From Macrostomum hystrix (lineage: Eukaryota > Animalia > Platyhelminthes), in the NCBI GenBank assembly GCA_950097015.1, contig CATNEN010000001.1, positions 26,412,001 through 26,476,000 of the forward strand: a DNA stretch of 64,000 nt. Direction: 5' to 3'. Of this stretch, positions 44,447-57,138 are shown one piece after another (the stretch's first letter is position 1; each line of letters opens with the position of its first letter). The notes beneath the pieces were generated by a model. That model ran no database searches, had not been told where the DNA came from, and saw nothing but the letters and a program-made list of their open reading frames with translations. The position numbers were made by a program, and so were the translations under genes.

Positions 44447-45444
44447 TATACTTCCAACTCGTGGGCAACTGCTTACCTGCCAAACAGCCAGTGGCACAGC
44501 CGCAACTATTGCGCGGTGCATCCAAAAATTGTGTACGCTTGTTGAATCCATGGACTGTGCATTCGCCAAACCTATATTCTTTTTTCCTCGCTGATTCTGT
44601 TACCTATTTACCTAATTGAAGCAATATGGAATTAATTGTCATGTTCAATGACACAATTTGATTCCATTGAGCAAATATTTGAACTTCGGACCTCTTGTTT
44701 CGTAGTCCGAAGTTATAACGCAAACGCTGCAAGCTGCGCTTTAAATTCATAGATGAACTATAAAAATGGTTAAAGTGATTGTGGCAACCAGTTTTAAGAG
44801 ACAGAACTCCACGGAAAATATCTAAACAGCTAGTCGTTTATTTACAGAATGTCGCTATAGTCGCTACACAAAATGTCATTTATTAGTGCAAGATATTTCG
44901 AAGAACAATGCAAAAAATGTTCTAAAATGACAGATGGAAAATGACAGCGAAACAGTATCGAAGCCTAGCTTGGCCCTTCATTTCAGTGTTGCAGTGTCAA
45001 TCGTTAAGCGTATAAATGCAAGTGCTAGAAGATGTGGTGGTGTTAGAAGGCCTCCCAATAATGCTTTCTCGAGAGGGTAACGAGCTTAAACCCAACTGAG
45101 GTAGAGGTGAAAAGCCTCGACAATAACTCTAACTTAACTTACCTTGACGAATGAAGCCTGTCATTAAAACACAAGATACTTTTTCTCACTCAATCGATAT
45201 TCTGTCAAAAGTAACACTCGCTTTGGCAGAGGTTAATTGTGTGACGAAGAGTAAGAAACACACCAACTCTTCCAGACAAGAAAAGAAGAAGGAAGAGCAA
45301 AGGGGTTGACATGACTGTCTAGGCTACTGGAATATCCTTTGAAATCAACTCTTTGATGCTAGGTTTTATAGCAGGGCTCGTCAAACTAGCGGGCCACAGA
45401 GAGAACCTAAAATACGACACGGGCCGCTTAAACTGTAGGAATAT

Positions 45445-45610
45445 GAGACAAGGGAGAGATTATACAGAGAAGAGGTTAGGCAGGGAAGAGATGAGACACG
45501 GGAGAGATGAGAAACGGGAGAGATGAGCCAGGGAAGAGATGAGAAACGGGAGAGATGAGCCAGGGGAGAGATGAGAAACGGGAGAGATGAGCCGTGAGAG
45601 AGATGAGACA
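45445..45610. repeat. Purine-rich tandem repeat (GAGATGAGAAACGGGA-like)
   Basis: Direct inspection. Confidence 0.8.
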
Positions 45611-46050
45611 CTTTCATCTAATGGCCATTAACGGGCAAGACTTTCTGCCCGACGGGCAAAAAAGTCATGGTACAATAATTCTGTGATTACTCTGTAATTG
45701 CCCCTTGAGCTTGAGCAAAATAGCATCATACTACGCCTATAGTCTATGGCAATTATGGTGTCGCTCAAGAACACGCGGCTAGCTATACAGTTTTGTATTG
45801 TGTTCTACGACTACGTCTAAAATCTCGCTCAGAAGAAAACACTAAAATTTGTTTAAGGTAACACTTTCTCTGTAGAAATTGTTGATTGACCCGCTCGAGT
45901 TTCATTGCTTCGAGATCGAAAAATGCAGACAGAGGAAGACTGGAAAATGTAAGTCGTTTTCTGCTAATTATTAACATTTCCTATTTTTGTCCTGAATGCT
46001 TGAAAAGTCCGTGTTATTCCTGCACTTTTTAAAGAAACAAATGAGTTACA

Positions 46051-46776
46051 ATGAATAGCGGGCGTAGTTTGGGTGAGTGGGAATTAATTGGGTAAGAAAA
46101 AGAATAAATAAAGTAGTAAGGCGTAGGTAAACACCCACCTGATAATTTTTATTGCATCTGAACGGAGCAACGCAGGTCCGTGAATTCTAGAACACGCGAG
46201 CAAAGATTTAGTTTCACACCTTCTAAAATTAGGGCCGTTGCCTAATCACTATTTAGCACAACTACAGCTTCATCCGTGCATCCTTCCTCCAGAGTTCTCT
46301 TGGTATCCGGTATCATCGTTTTATTCATGTGCGCACTCGCTGGAATCGCTATAGTCACCTGCTGCTGCTGGGGTGCCGAATTGTGCATCGACTGCACGGC
46401 CGGTGGCATTTTTGGCCTCTGTATCCTCTGCCTCGGTTTCTTGGGCTTGCGCACTCGGCGGGGAAATCGCATGGGAGGCTTCCAACAGCCGGGGATGAAT
46501 ATGGGATCGACGCAGGCCACCCCGACGCTGTTACAGCCACCACCGCCGCCATATGCACCACTGAGGCCATTTCAGCAAGCGTCAGCGCCATTTCAGCCAG
46601 CGCCATTTCAGCCAGCGCCATTTCAGCCAGCGCCAGCGCCATTTCAGCCAGCGCCAGCGCCATTTCAGCCAGCGCCAGCGCAATTTCAGCCAGCACCAGC
46701 GCCATCTCAGCCAGCGACATCTCAGCCAGCGCCAGAGCCAGTGCCATTTCAGCCACCGAAAATGGGCAATTATTAA
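46051..46776 (+). CDS. Small Cys-rich membrane protein with PPPY motif and PFQPAPA repeats (exons 46051-46072, 46268-46776; ~176 aa)
   Basis: ATG...TTG G|GTGAGT donor is phase-compatible with the ACTACAG|CT acceptor. Hydrophobic segments with CCC, then PPPPPY and a Pro/Gln tail. Confidence 0.6.
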
Positions 46777-48332
46777 CCAGCCGTCTATACTAGCCAAGGA
46801 ATGCTTCGTGTCGCAGAAGCTTCACTGTGTGAAAAATATAGATTTTTAGAAAAGAGGCGCTATTATTAAACTTTGCGGTTTCTTAAAAATAAAAATGGCT
46901 GAAAATGACGAATTTCATTTTGCAGTTCTCAAAAAGCGCTACATATTTCTGCAACGGTTCTGATTTACTGAACTCGCGAATTTATTTATTAATTATTATT
47001 GTCGAGCATTTTTGGTGTCCCTGTCGTTACCGTAGAGAACTTTTGAATGGGGGCAAACCATGCTAGTCCTATCTTTCTTGGATTTATTTTTTAGCTAAAA
47101 ACTTAAACGTACGAGTACGTAACCGTTTGTTTACTCCCAGTCGCGCCTTAATTTGTCTATATTCAAGGAAATAATAGACAATTTGAGCCAATTAGGATAG
47201 AAGTGCAGCTACGCACTTATGCCATCCTCAGGTTGACCACAGTAGCTGTAGCCCTACGAGACGCACTGGTTCCAGAAATAAAGCCTGTTCCTTCTCTGCA
47301 CTTTCCTTATTGTTTACATAGTCCGGTTCAATCTTGTTTTTTCGCTCTTATTTTTCTCCGCATGCGGCTGATCTCTCATTTTCTCTCCCTTCCTCCTTTT
47401 TGATTGGTCACCACCTTACTCCAACTGCCATCTATAGGATGTCTGCAGGACAACGACAAATATTATTCATTTCTTTTTGTCACGACAATGGATGACTTAG
47501 AGTACGTTTTACCGCAAATAGTGAAAACAAAAACAGAAATGAGTTTTTGTATTACCTTAGGTATTTAGCTAGTATACTTAATTTAATTCCCTGGCTATCG
47601 CACCTCACAAGCGAAGTGGCAAGTGAAGACGAGACGAGGCCGCACCAAGCGGGACCCACGGCTTAAAATCGAGTGTCCATGCAGATTTATTTTCGGTTGG
47701 CTGTCAAAGCACAACTGTGACGTCATTTGCATAAAACAAAGTTCGAATTTAAAGGCACAAGCGGCAGCGCGGGTGAGCAGGAAACGAAAGGCAACAAAAA
47801 AAGATTTTACTCGACTGCCGGGTGGAACGAACAGGAGCGAGAGAGGCAGGCCAGCCATATAAGCTGCTCGGGGAGGGGGTGGGTGCAGAGGGGCGAAGGC
47901 GGAGGGGGGAGGGTGCAACGCACGCACAAAAGGGGGGGCAGAAAGGACGAGACGCGGGGGTGGCCAGCCGGTCATTAATCCTCGTAAGCGTCACACAAAG
48001 TGCACGCTTACGCACCATTAATATCCTGATTCAATGCGCAGGTATTAAGTTGTAAACTTAATCAGCATAGCATTATTATTTAATAATGATCACGTGTGCT
48101 CCCTTCCCAGATCAGGTGTCCGGATCCAGCTAATATTAAAAGTTTCAATACGGTAAAACAAGTTGCACAAACATACGAAATTGGTGTTTGCTCAAAAAAA
48201 GTAAAAATGCGCTTTTTATCTTGGTTTTTATCTTGGCAATAAATAAGTCCCGGTGTTTAGTGAATCTAAAATGGCGATGAAAAAACGACTACGCACAAAT
48301 TGATATGCACAGCCGAGATACCCGCTCGATGA

Positions 48333-48766
48333 ATGACGGAAGATCGCTTCGCGTAAGTTTGATTATTTAAACGACCGATATTCTTAGTGAATGGGAGGAC
48401 ACAGAGCAAAACTGTCAGCTCCATTTTATGCTCACTAAATTGTCTCACAGGACCATAGTCAGCGTGGGCAGTGCCCTGCTAGTTGTCATGATTATCTGCC
48501 TAGTTGTAGCTGTGCTCTGCTGCTCCTTCGGCATGCGGATCTGCATAGGTTGTCACAACAGGGTGGCAGGCACAGCAGCCGCGGGCATCTCTAGTCACGG
48601 TGGCGGCTACGTCAACATCTGCTGCCTGGCCTGCTACATTCACTTCAGCTGCCCCAAAAGGCAGCAGTCCTGGCTAGATGAGACGCCAGCCTCACTATCA
48701 GCCACCGCCACCGCCACCGAGAGCCAGCAGACAGCCAGCCGCTTCAACTACTTTTTCGTCCGCTGA
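48333..48766 (+). CDS. Second small Cys-rich membrane protein (exons 48333-48352, 48451-48766)
   Basis: ATG ACG GAA GAT CGC TTC GC|GTAAGT joins in phase to CACAG|G, giving MTEDRFATIVSVGSALLVVMIICLVVAVLCC...; AATAAA near 48893. Confidence 0.5.
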
Positions 48767-49490
48767 ACCTCACAAAGCCCACGCGAGAGTCAGCTGGGCC
48801 TGTAGTGCCGAGCTACCCGCTATCTACTGGCATGCCAGTGTACCCGCAGTCAAACTTTCCTAAACCTGACGCACCTTGAATTGTCTTTTTAAAATAAAAT
48901 AAAATTAATGTGTCTTTCTGTGCTCATTGGAAAAAAGAAGCACGAATTTAAATTTGCAAAAGCCGATGCGCTTTTGGCGAAAGTATGAGGTATGTGGCAA
49001 AGCCCTAAAAAGATTACCTAAATAAATTATTTTCAAGCAACCAACAGGGTTCATCTTTAGAATGCATACCTGGGTGGGTGATGGGGTTGACAAAAATTTT
49101 CTAAACAAAAGCTGAATAGCCTAGCATGGCAACCAGATGTTTTCGCTTTGCTCGTAAACTGTACCATAAGAGCGTAGAACAAAGGACTAGTTTACAATGA
49201 ACAGCACGCACAGGCGGGACCCAATCAACAGGGTTTGGATGAGAGGAAATTAATTAAGGTAATTACAAATAGAGAAAATAATAGAACTGATTAAGTTTGC
49301 TGATGCGAATTCACACAAAAGTAGCAAGGCAAAGGGTGATACCCACCTGAGAATTTTTACTGCACCTGAATAGAGCAACCCAGGTCCCTGAAATTCTAGA
49401 ACACCAGCAAAAATTTTATTACGAACCTTCTGGAAAAATAATCTGGTGGCCACCTCCTCAAAACATCGATAAGTTCAACGATTTAAACAG

Positions 49491-49622
49491 CGGCAGTTCA
49501 CCTCATTCAGTGACTTGTGCTTCGGGATGAATTTGGCGTCGCCACAGGCGTCCTTCAGGCCCGCCCCGACGCCATTCCTACCATCGCCAGCGCACTTCCA
49601 GCTTCCGAAAATGGAAAATTGA
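49491..49622 (+). pseudogene. Paralogous 3' segment of the 46051 gene (remnant or alternative last exon)
   Basis: GMNLASPQA..PFLPSPAHFQLPKMEN* versus GMNMGSTQA..PVPFQPPKMGNY*. The following 3' flank (49670-49730) also matches 46925-46985. Confidence 0.55.
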
Positions 49623-49925
49623 CGAAAATTAAAAGAATGACAGAAAAGAGCTCCATTTTCCTTTTACAGATCTCAAAAAGCGCTTCGTATATCAGCAACG
49701 GTTTTAATTTACTAAACTCACGATTTTATTAAATGAACTTTTGGTGATTGAATATTGGACACAAGTTTAGGTTCCTTCATTAAAGGCAAAATATCTAGTA
49801 GCTACAGAGAAGAGTAAAATAAAATGCAGAAAAATATTAATGGTTTACTACGAGTGTTAACAAAAATACGAGTAGTCTAAAAATAGAGAAAGAAAACCAG
49901 AAAAGCTGCAAAAGTTGAGAAGAAC

Positions 49926-50740
49926 AACATAGGGAGTGAGGTGGCTGCAGATGTGCGGTGTAGGGAAGGAACAACATGACAGGGAGTGAGGTGGCTGCAG
50001 ATGTGCGGTGTGGGGAAGGAAGAACATGACAGGGAGTGAGGTGGCTGCAGATGTGCGGTGTGGGGAAGGAAGAACATGACAGGGAGTGAGGTGGCTGCAG
50101 ATGTGCGGTGTGGGGAAGGAAGAACATGACAGGGAGTGAGGTGGCTGCAGATGTGCGGTGTAGGGAAGGAACAACATGACAGGGAGTGAGGTGGCTGCAG
50201 ATGTGCGGTGTAGGGAAGGAACAAAATGACAGGGAGTGAGGTGGCTGCAGATGTGCGGTGTGGGGAAGGAAGAACATGACAGGGAGTGAGGTGGTCGCAG
50301 ATGTGCGGTGTGGGGAAGGAACAACATGACAGGGAGTGAGGTGGCTGCAGATGTGCGGTGTAGGGAAGGAACAAAATGACAGGGAGTGAGGTGGCTGCAG
50401 ATGTGCGGTGTGGGGAAGGAAGAACATGACAGGGAGTGAGGTGGTCGCAGATGTGCGGTGTGGGGAAGGAACAACATGACAGGGAGTGAGGTAGGTGGCT
50501 GCAGATGTGCGGTGTGGGAAGGAAGCACATGACAGGGAGTGAGGTGGCTGCAGATGTGCGGTGTAGGGAAGGAAGCACATGACAGGGAGTGAGGTGGCTG
50601 CAGATGTGCGGTGTGGGGAAGGAAGCACATGACAGGAAGTGAGGTGGCTGCAACCTGCAGATGTGCTGTGTGGGGAAGGAAGCACATGACAGGGAGTGAG
50701 GTGGCTGCAACCTGCAGATGTGCGGTGTGGGGAAGGAAGA
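49926..50740. repeat. 50-bp minisatellite, about 16 units
   Basis: Unit ACATGACAGGGAGTGAGGTGGCTGCAGATGTGCGGTGTGGGGAAGGAAGA. Confidence 0.95.
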
Positions 50741-50848
50741 AGAGAATAGGGTGCGAGGTATTAGCTATACAGATTTATGAAAGGGTAGGAAGGTCGTATT
50801 AAAACAAATTAGACAGCGTTCAATCTTAAAGTTCATTCCCTAAGGATA

Positions 50849-51923
50849 CTAGAGATCCTGTGGTAAAATGCGCGGATTTTCTTGCCAAAAGGTGTCTTTA
50901 ATAAAATCCAGATGGAGCAGCGTGGTGGCTGCGTCAGCGACCCTAGACCTTGTAGTAGTGTCTCCGTCGTCGCCATCGTCGATAGTGTCAGTGTCAGCGG
51001 GAGTATCTTCCGCGGCAGCGACAGCTTCAGAGTCCAGCAGGTTAGAGCGTACCAACAGGCTGCCCTTGCGATACAACTCCGGCTCGTTGTTGTAATTAAC
51101 GCCGAACTGAGAGAACAGAAGCTCATTTTTATCTGCAGCCAACGTGCCTTTTAGGCGCTCCTGTGCCTGGGTGGGAGTCATGCCGCCTCGAAGGACTAGC
51201 GCCCAGAAGGTGGTGTTGTAGAGATTGTTGATGTGGCAGTCAGCCTGTGGTTAGGCAAATATGAAAATCGTAAGAAAAGTCTATTTGCATATCTCGAAAG
51301 ACCAGAACCTTCACAACAGAGTATTCAATGATTATGAAGAACTTAGAAAACTATAAGGTTTTATTGGTCTCGAGTCCCAAAGGGGATTCCGTGTGCTTAC
51401 AGTACGTGTGCTCACCCGTGTGCGTATGGCTTCAAAGAACTCAATCACTATATAGTAAAGTGCAGAACAGAGCCCAGCTCACCTGTCTCCAAGAGAGGTA
51501 GTCTCGAAGAGTTCTCACTGACGGATAGGTCACCACTCGAGCGTCAAATGACGGTGGATACAACAGACACCTGTCGGGGAAGCAGAACGACCAGTGGAAC
51601 ACGAAGGCCGACGTAAACAGAGATCCGATCAGCGAGGCCAGCTTGCTGGCTCGCCTATTGAACGCGTTGGAGTCCTTGTGCAGCACGAAGCTGTACTCGT
51701 CGCTCTGGCCGTAGGCGAGCAGGACGCTGCGGTGCTCGGCCATGACCCGCTTCGCTGCCAAAGTCATCAGGCGGAGGCAGCGCGGCTCGTTCGGCTTCGC
51801 GAACTCGTGCCGCTCAGAGAAGCGATGAAAGCCGCGACCGTCGACGCGGACAACCAGCCAGCAGTGGGGCAGCAGCTGGTCGCTCTGCTCAAACTTGCGC
51901 ACGTATTCAAACTTACTCTTGGC
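50849..51923 (-). CDS. THG1: tRNA(His) guanylyltransferase (exons 51923-51483, 51244-50849); start Met not encoded at the acceptor
   Basis: [50 protein letters not shown]|[25 protein letters not shown]; canonical phase-0 GT-AG intron. Confidence 0.95.
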
Positions 51924-52592
51924 CTGGAAACGGGCGCGAAACAGAGACGTCACGTCAAATGACTTATTTGCTCCTAATAGAAATCTTATGTGCTTTATAC
52001 AAAAATGAAAAACAAAGACGGTAGGTAACAAAGACCAGGTATATTCTCTAGTACTACACTTGAACATGTGAACAATATTGCATTTAGCCAATAAAATAAC
52101 AGAATGAAGTATTCAAGAAAACTGAAACCAAATTCAAGTTTGGAATGAATGGTAGACTAGCTGGACGAAAATGAAATTCCATCGCTGTGCTATGAAACGA
52201 ATAAACAAATAAACACTTAAGACAAATTATAACAACAGATTAATTAAATCATCAAAGTAGTTTATAGTACTTTGGACTATTGGAAGCTAGCAATATGCCC
52301 TACTTATTTAGTAATGCAACCATTATATATTAGATAGACTTAACAAGATGACTTGTCTGCCCATGAACCGTGACCAGAAGTAATGAGGAGAGTAAAACTT
52401 GAAACGATCTGATGCAAAAGCGATCTATATATTACTACTCTAAAACATCGATAAGTAGTGCGCACTGGAAGTTGTCATCCATAACACATATTTTGGCAAC
52501 TTTTATGGATGGCTGTTTAGACAACAAAAAAGTCAAACTGGACGCTTAAGTCCGTAGGTAAATCAAGAATGCAAAAATTAAACTGCCCGCCG

Positions 52593-54389
52593 CTAGGCTT
52601 CCTGAGTCGCCGCTACCGAGCTCAGGCGAACATCGCCCTGGCTGACAACGGCGTCGACCTCGGACTTGCCCGGAGCTTCCGGCAGTCCCTCAGCCTTCAA
52701 TAATGAGGCCAGGGAAACTTGTATCTCGGAAAGTGAGGGCCGGCTGTCCGCATCGGGGCTGCCCATGCTGACGATCAGCTGCAGCAGCTCAGGCGGGTAG
52801 CTGGCAATGGGGAAAATTTCATGAGAATTCAATATGCAAGCAAAATTGTATTCGAGACAAACTTCGAGTGTAAGTATGTCGCTTCAACTCACGAAAATTC
52901 CGGATTGACAGGGATTTTGATACCCGAGCAGGTGGCCAGCGCCACGCTGTCACCACGACTGTAGACTGGATCAAAAGGCGATTCGTTGAAACACAATGCA
53001 TAGAGAATGCAGCCAAGGCTCTGAAAAGTACAATAAATTGGTATATAGAATACTTCAAACACTCGGCTCCCTAAGCATCGGTGGTTCAGTGGTAGAATGC
53101 TCGCCTGCCACGCGGGCGGCCCGGGTTCGATTCCCGGCCGATGCAACCTTTTACCCATATTTTCCTTAAATGTCCACAATATATTTTCAGAAAAATACAC
53201 TAAAGCGTATTTTTTCATACGATTTGTCAACCTTCAGTTTTGTTTATCTACCTAATAGGCCCTTAAAAGGCAAAAGACAGCCGATCTGTTGCGAAAAATT
53301 TCTAAACAAAAGAGTTATTTGATTCGAGTCTACAATCGCATTCTTGGCTTAGTGAGTGTTGATTCGCGAGCCTAGCTTGAATCGGATATTGTCAATGGGC
53401 TAAAAGAAAAACGAAAACTTTAAGAGAACTGATCAAATAGAGTTTGCCTATTGAAACTATAATCATTCATGCATTTTTTATAATAGAAGCGACTGCAGCC
53501 TGTACTACTTAAAGTACAAAGTGGGAATTTCAACTGCAATTGGATTAGCATACCCAAATATCGGCCTTCTCGCTGATAACACCGGGACAAGGCACATTGT
53601 ACAGCTCCGGTGCTCTATAGGTCATGGAGCAGTGCTCGGCAGCGTAGTCCTGCCAGCGAACCGCCTCCTGTCTGGAATTAATCCACACCAGCTTCTCGGT
53701 CACGCTGCCAAAGTCCATCAGAACAGGTTGCAGCGAGTCGTCAAAAAGTACATTTCCAGTTTTGAGATCGCGATGCGCCAGATCGGCCGAGTGCATTGCG
53801 GCCAGGCCTGAGCACAAACCGTTCATTGTGGACAGAATCCTGGCCAGCCCTAAAGACTTTTTTACTATGCGGCACAGGTCCAGCTCCTCTGACAGGGTGC
53901 CCCGTCTATGATAGGGCAGCAGCAGCGTCACCTCGGCGACTACATTCGCGGCCACCGAGGAGGTCAACGGCTGGCCTATAGAGTGTCCCAGGCAGGGCAG
54001 GAGGTTCGGGTGCCGCAGGCGGTTGTGGTGCTCGGCCTCGCGCACCGCCCGATCAGTGTCGGACTTTGAGTGACACAGAATCCGCTTGGCAACGCACAAG
54101 CGGTCGGACTTGTCTTCGCGGCACAGGTCCACCTGGCTGAAGCCACTGTTAGTGTTGTTGGATATTTTCAGCGTTTTAGCTTTTCCTATACACATCGGTT
54201 GAGAATTTTCTGCCGATTTTCGACTTGCAGACAGATCTTTCAATACATATCGGTTCCTCGAAATAATGCTCAAAGCCTTAAGTTAAGATAATCACTATAA
54301 AAGCAAACTCACCCTTCGCCAATATTTTCAACGATTCGATAGGTTCGCCCGTCCACAACAAAGCTCGGGCCTGACTGAATGCAGCCCAT
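52593..54389 (-). CDS. STK16: Serine/threonine kinase 16 (NAK family); exons 54389-54313, 54145-53554, 53020-52893, 52800-52593
   Basis: MGC acylation-type N-terminus, IGEGGFS, VAKRILCH, HRDLKTGN, LMDFGS, AAEHCSMTYRAPEL, DIW|SLGCILY, GDSVALA. All three introns are GT-AG with compatible phases. Confidence 0.9.
53075..53145 (+). tRNA. tRNA-Gly(GCC), antisense within STK16 intron 2
   Basis: GCATCGGTGGTTCAGTGGTAGAATGCTCGCCTGCCACGCGGGCGGCCCGGGTTCGATTCCCGGCCGATGCA forms a canonical cloverleaf; TTTT terminator follows. Confidence 0.97.
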
Positions 54390-54567
54390 AATTTGTTCTT
54401 GTTAGCTTCGAATCTTCTCGGACGAATAAATGTTGCCGAGAGGCGTGCTATACTACTGATTCACTGAAAGTAGCATGAGATGGACTTTTCTAGTAAAAGG
54501 ACTACTAAAAGGACTACGCGATTTAACAACGAATACGCGTACAGGGAACCTTTAGCCCTATAACCAA

Positions 54568-55297
54568 TCCCAGTTCTACCCTCAGATCATACAGCAGTCC
54601 CAGTTCTACCCTCAGATCATTCAGCTGTCCCAGTTCTACCCTCAGATCATTCAGCAGTCCCAGTTCTACCCTCAGATCCTTCAGCAGTCCCAGTTCTACC
54701 CCCTGATCATCCAGCAGTCCCAGTTCTACCCTCAGATCATTCAGGAGTCCCAGTTCTACCCTCAGATCATTCAGCAGTCTTAGTTCTACCCCCTGATCAT
54801 CCAGCAGTCCCAGTTCTACCGCTGATCCTTCAGCAGTCCCAGTTCTAACCCTGATCCTTTAGCAGTCCCAGTTCTACCCTCAGATCATTCAGGAGTCCCA
54901 GTTCTACCCTCAGATCATTCAGCAGTCTTAGTTCTACCCCCTGATCATCCAGCAGTCCCAGTTCTACCGCTGATCCTTCAGCAGTCCCAGTTCTAACCCT
55001 GATCCTTTAGCAGTCCCAGTTCTAACCCTGATCCTTTAGCAGTCCCAGTTCTAACCCTGATCCTTTAGCAGTCCCAGTTCTAACCCTGATCCTTCAGCAG
55101 TCCCAGTTCTAACCCTGATCCTTCAGCAGTCCCAGTTCTACCCTCAGATCATTCAGCAGTCCCAGTTCTACCCCCTGAAACAGTCCCAGTTCTACTCCTG
55201 ACACAGTCCCAGTTCTACCCCCTGAAACAGTCCCAGTTCTACTCCTGACACAGTCCCAGTTCTACCCCCTGAAAAAGTCCCAGTTCTACCCCCTGAA
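54568..55297. repeat. 30-bp minisatellite decaying into 29- and 22/23-bp units
   Basis: Unit CCCAGTTCTACCCTCAGATCATTCAGCAGT. Confidence 0.95.
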
Positions 55298-55758
55298 ATT
55301 ACAAAAGGAAATTAAGCGCAAGGCAGTTAGTCGACCGAAAAATAGTTTTTATATTGATTCGAAAAAACAACTAGTTGGACTGGGACTGACGAGAAACCAT
55401 GAATGTTCTTTCCGTAGGCAGATAGTATATATTTTTCATGTACTGAAGATCTAGGTTCCATTAGGTTTTTTTTGAAATGTTGAATAATTGCTAGCCATTT
55501 TCTACTAAAATATACCTAAAACTGAATTGTCTAGAAGCATACAAGCTTTAACAAACAGATGGTGGAAAATATACCAACTTGGTGTTCTAATGTCCATATT
55601 GATGAAATCTAAAGAAGGGGGAACCACTGCACCAGAGGAAGAATTTTCAGACGCGGTATAACGTCAAGGTGCGCTAAATAATTAAAAGTACATTGCTATA
55701 TTAAGCTACGGGGGTTCACAAGTCTATATTGTAGAGTCACATTATATAGAGAGAGTTT

Positions 55759-55992
55759 TCACTCGGCATCCGGCACCTCAGTGCGGTACTTCTTGCACAG
55801 ATGCAGAAAGGTGCAAAGCGGCAGGAACCACACCAGGTACAGGCCGGTGCCCATTGCGACTTTAAAGCCCAGAGAGGCCTTGTTGCGCGGCGGAGTGGCC
55901 CAGTAGTAGTAGGAGTTCAATCGGGCACCGCTGCCAACCTGTACAGACTGGCGACCCGCGCGGAGTAGGGCGAGAGAGGCGCGGCTGAGCAT
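55759..55992 (-). CDS. COX8: Small mitochondrial single-TM protein, cytochrome c oxidase subunit 8-like (77 aa)
   Basis: Arg/Ser/Leu presequence MLSRASLALLRAGRQ, then PPRNK.S...K motif, a TM segment with LP...LH and KY as in COX8. Splice acceptor TTCTGTTTCAG 18 nt upstream of the ATG. Confidence 0.65.
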   Translation of the reverse strand: MLSRASLALLRAGRQSVQVGSGARLNSYYYWATPPRNKASLGFKVAMGTGLYLVWFLPLCTFLHLCKKYRTEVPDAE

Positions 55993-56033
55993 TGATGAGC
56001 TTTAGGCGAACTGAAACAGAAGTGAATTCAGAG

Positions 56034-56484
56034 CACTGCAGCTGGGTATTACACCCTGCACCTGGGTATTACACACTGCACCTGAGTATTACACACTGCA
56101 GCTGAGTATTACACACTGCAGCTGAGTATTACACACTGCACCTGGGTATTACACACTGCACCTAGGTATTACACACTGCACCTGAGTATTACACCCTGCA
56201 CCTGAGTATTACACCCTGCACCTGAGTATTACACCCTGCACCTGAGTATTACACACTGCACCTGAGTATTACACACTGCACCTGAGTATTACACACTGCA
56301 CCTGAGTATTACACACTGCACCTGAGTATTACACACTGCACCTGAGTATTACACCCTGCACCTGAGTATTACACACTGCACCTGAGTATTACACACTGCA
56401 CCTGAGTATTACACACTGCACCTGAGTATTACACACTGCACCTGAGTATTACACACTGCACCTGAGTATTACTCACTGCAGCTG
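56034..56484. repeat. 20-bp minisatellite, about 22 units
   Basis: Unit CACCTGAGTATTACACACTG. Confidence 0.95.
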
Positions 56485-57138
56485 AATGCCTCCTGCAATC
56501 TAGAATCTAACTAGAGCCTAAGCGCATTTCTAAATTCCTAAATTCCTAAATTCCTAATCCTCAAGAGCATTTGGAAGAACTGTGCAATCTAGTTGACATC
56601 GCATGCCAAAGATTTTAACTACAAAAAGCTTTTTAAATTCACAAAATTGTGAAGAAAGCTTTGGATTGGCACCTCGGTGAGATTGCTTGGTGAGTAAGTA
56701 TTGTGAATGCTGCAAATGGACAGCAATTGACAAAATTACTCAATTTTTCTGTCAGCTCCGACTGTTCTATTCGGACAAGTTCATCAAAGTCTTTAATTAC
56801 TGCCGAATTGAGTACGGAGACATGGGAAATTTGTACTGATTTCACTCTACGATAAGGCGTAAACTCTAAGACTACAAATTGTAGGTCAGAAATGATGCGA
56901 AGCATGACAATGTGCTTGAATGGTTGGAATAGACAGGCTAGCATTGTATTTAGTTAACATTTCTTTTAAATAATTATTTATAACAATAAGCGATAATTTT
57001 CAACTGTTAAGCAATCAGCTGGTAAGATGAATTTCCAACTTTGAGACTTGCGATTTATGATCAAAAAGGAAAAAATGCATCACTCAGTGCGATGTACTTG
57101 ACTTGACCTGACAGTACAGCAACCACCCGCCAGGTGCT

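Noticed and set aside
49837-50710. Three overlapping ~280-aa His/Cys/Pro ORFs
   Set aside because: They arise from a 50-bp minisatellite with no minus-strand stop codons; the same peptide cycles through all frames.
50849-53145. Functional pairing of THG1 with the neighbouring tRNA
   Set aside because: The tRNA is Gly(GCC), whereas Thg1 acts on tRNA-His.
54568-56484. CRISPR-like arrays
   Set aside because: Head-to-tail repeats without unique spacers, no cas genes, and a eukaryotic context.
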